DNA from: Paramicrosporidium saccamoebae KSL3
Lineage: Eukaryota > Fungi > Cryptomycota
Assembly: GCA_002794465.1 (NCBI GenBank)
Contig: MTSL01000216.1
Coordinates: 1,316 to 8,874 of the forward strand
Length of the DNA stretch: 7,559 nt
Direction of reading: 5' to 3'
Shown one piece after another: positions 6,119-7,559 of the stretch (position 1 is its first letter; each line of letters begins with the position of its first letter). The position numbers and the translations under genes are program-made. The notes under the pieces are model-generated. The model searched no databases, was not told the origin of the DNA, and saw nothing but the letters and a program-made list of their open reading frames with translations.

Positions 6119-7310
6119 GGAGAAGAGCATCTTGAACGGGTATCCACCCATCTTTCTTCTAAACAGGGCCACTTCAATACTAAAAGCACAAATGATCACG
6201 GCCATGCATACGGCAACCGTAATTCGACGAGTAGTGCCGTTTGCAATTTCTGGAACCTTTGTGGATAGGGCCACTATGGAAATTGCCGCAATCCCATTAA
6301 GGAAGGCAACAATCTGTGTTTCCATTCCGAGCTGATTCTGTAGGCCAGAAGTGTAGTATTGGATACCGTTCTGATTCGGCAAAATGTAAGGCGCGCCCCG
6401 AATACGGACCCACATGAATCCCGAGGTCATTAGCAAAACAAAAGCCTACAAATAGTGAGTGCTTACGTTTCCAGAGCCGCATACCATGCTGATCATGGCC
6501 CAGAGCTTTGGCTGCTTTAACAAACTGAGGATATTCCGTCCGACAGCAATCTTGACTCCGGCGATCAATATAAGCAGGGAGCCCGCTGCAAATACGACGA
6601 TTCCCATCTTGGGAGTTTCGGGATGCGTCAGCGCCACTCGTCCATATTGTTCAACGAAACTGCCAATCAGTTCGGCATTGACGCCCCTCAAGATTAGAAT
6701 AGGTGCACAGGGTACAATCGCATATCAAAGGTCCGGACAGACTCTAGGTAATCCTTTTTGGCAAATTTGGCTGTTGCAGGGAGATAGAGCAAGACAGGAA
6801 TTCTTTCCAGCTGCATCTGACTGGTGAGAGAAGTTTAACCTTCGAATACCCGTATGAATAAATCACGATTGTCCTTTAGCTCCATGGTAGCAAAGTGCAC
6901 CTTTTTGGCCAGTCTCTCATCAGCGGGCACCATGGCTGCAACTTTAGTGAAAACATCGTCGAATCCCCTTGGGATAAACATGATATTGTTACCAGTGGTA
7001 CTTGCATGCAGGACATCCAAATTCGGGAACTAGTGTATTCAATAGCAAGAACACGTCGTAGTCGCGCTTTTCTTGGGCGACCACTGCGGGTGGAATGCCA
7101 ATCTGCTCTTCAAATTCCGCACCACTAACTTTTGCCACGGGAAACTGGCCTCGGAATGGCAATTTGGCAATGTTGGCCAATTTCGCGTCATTCCGACTCT
7201 ACAAATCATCAAACATCATCAAGTGACAAAACAAAAAAGATGTAGCCCGCTGCCAGTGTAGCCAGAATAGCAGCAATGATGATGGTGGAGGTGGAACGTG
7301 AGACGGCCAT
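6116..7310 (-). CDS. OST3: Oligosaccharyltransferase subunit OST3/OST6 (MAGT1/TUSC3 family), about 341 aa, 6 exons: 7310-7233, 7198-7002, 6967-6850, 6816-6716, 6686-6485, 6445-6116
   Basis: Hydrophobic N-terminal leader, thioredoxin-like CPAC motif, MTSGFMWVRIRGAPY and QLGMETQIVAFLNG family motifs, TM helices, and a C-terminal KMGGYPF. Introns 7232-7199 (34 nt), 7001-6968 (34), 6849-6817 (33), 6715-6687 (29) and 6484-6446 (39) restore one continuous frame. Confidence 0.92.
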
Positions 7311-7382
7311 TTCCACCGGAGCAATATTGAAAGTAGCAATTAAAGTAGAAAATTAATCTATATTCAGTTGGCCAGTTCCGTA

Positions 7383-7559
7383 TTAGCCTCGTTCTTCTCC
7401 AGCACATTTCGGCACCATAAACTCAAAGGGCCGCAAAAGTTTTCCAACCAATGCAGGATCCGCTTTTAACAAATCCTCAAATGTTGCTAATACACTCCAG
7501 CCAGTGGCAAGCTGTGCTGTCGCTCTTGTCCGGTCTGTGGAAGTGGAATAAAACTCTAC
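7383..7559 (-). CDS. 3' end of an unidentified gene running in from the right edge (58 aa visible)
   Basis: Open frame VEFYSTSTDRTRATAQLATGWSVLATFEDLLKADPALVGKLLRPFEFMVPKCAGEERG* ending at TAA 7383-7385, 72 nt before the OST3 ATG. No family recognised. Confidence 0.55.
   Translation of the reverse strand, partial: VEFYSTSTDRTRATAQLATGWSVLATFEDLLKADPALVGKLLRPFEFMVPKCAGEERG

Noticed and set aside
6132-7407. ORFs 6132-6335, 6459-6827, 6895-7128, 7073-7261 (+), 6297-6482 and 7219-7407 (-)
   Set aside because: Antisense or off-frame overlaps of OST3 exons.
1-7559. Blastocystis-type stop codons created by polyadenylation (suggested by about 32-nt introns)
   Set aside because: Every called gene has a genomic stop, and I found no TGTTTGTT motif on either strand.

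Overview
This is not prokaryotic DNA. It is a very compact eukaryotic genome segment with eight complete protein genes and the 3' end of a ninth. Gaps between neighbouring genes are 16-321 nt. I reconstructed 12 spliceosomal introns by hand, all 29-39 nt, which fragment the ORF track. Gene order: EHD/RME-1 ATPase (-), BSD-domain protein (-, 2 introns), hidden 98-aa Pro-rich CYSTM-like tail-anchored protein (+, 4 introns), head-to-head pair of signal-peptide orphan proteins that look like remote paralogs, tubulin cofactor C (-), second hidden 98-aa PPxY/CYSTM-like protein (+, probable GC-AG intron), OST3/OST6-family oligosaccharyltransferase subunit (-, 5 introns), and a partial unknown CDS. 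Non-coding points of interest are a 29/30-identical inverted repeat pair 5.8 kb apart, each copy downstream of a stop codon that overlaps AATAAA, and a 20-nt-period array behind the OST3 stop. The taxon cannot be fixed from this window. A genome-reduced parasite such as a Rozellomycota/early-microsporidian lineage is my inference. No database searches were run, and all intron models need transcript confirmation.
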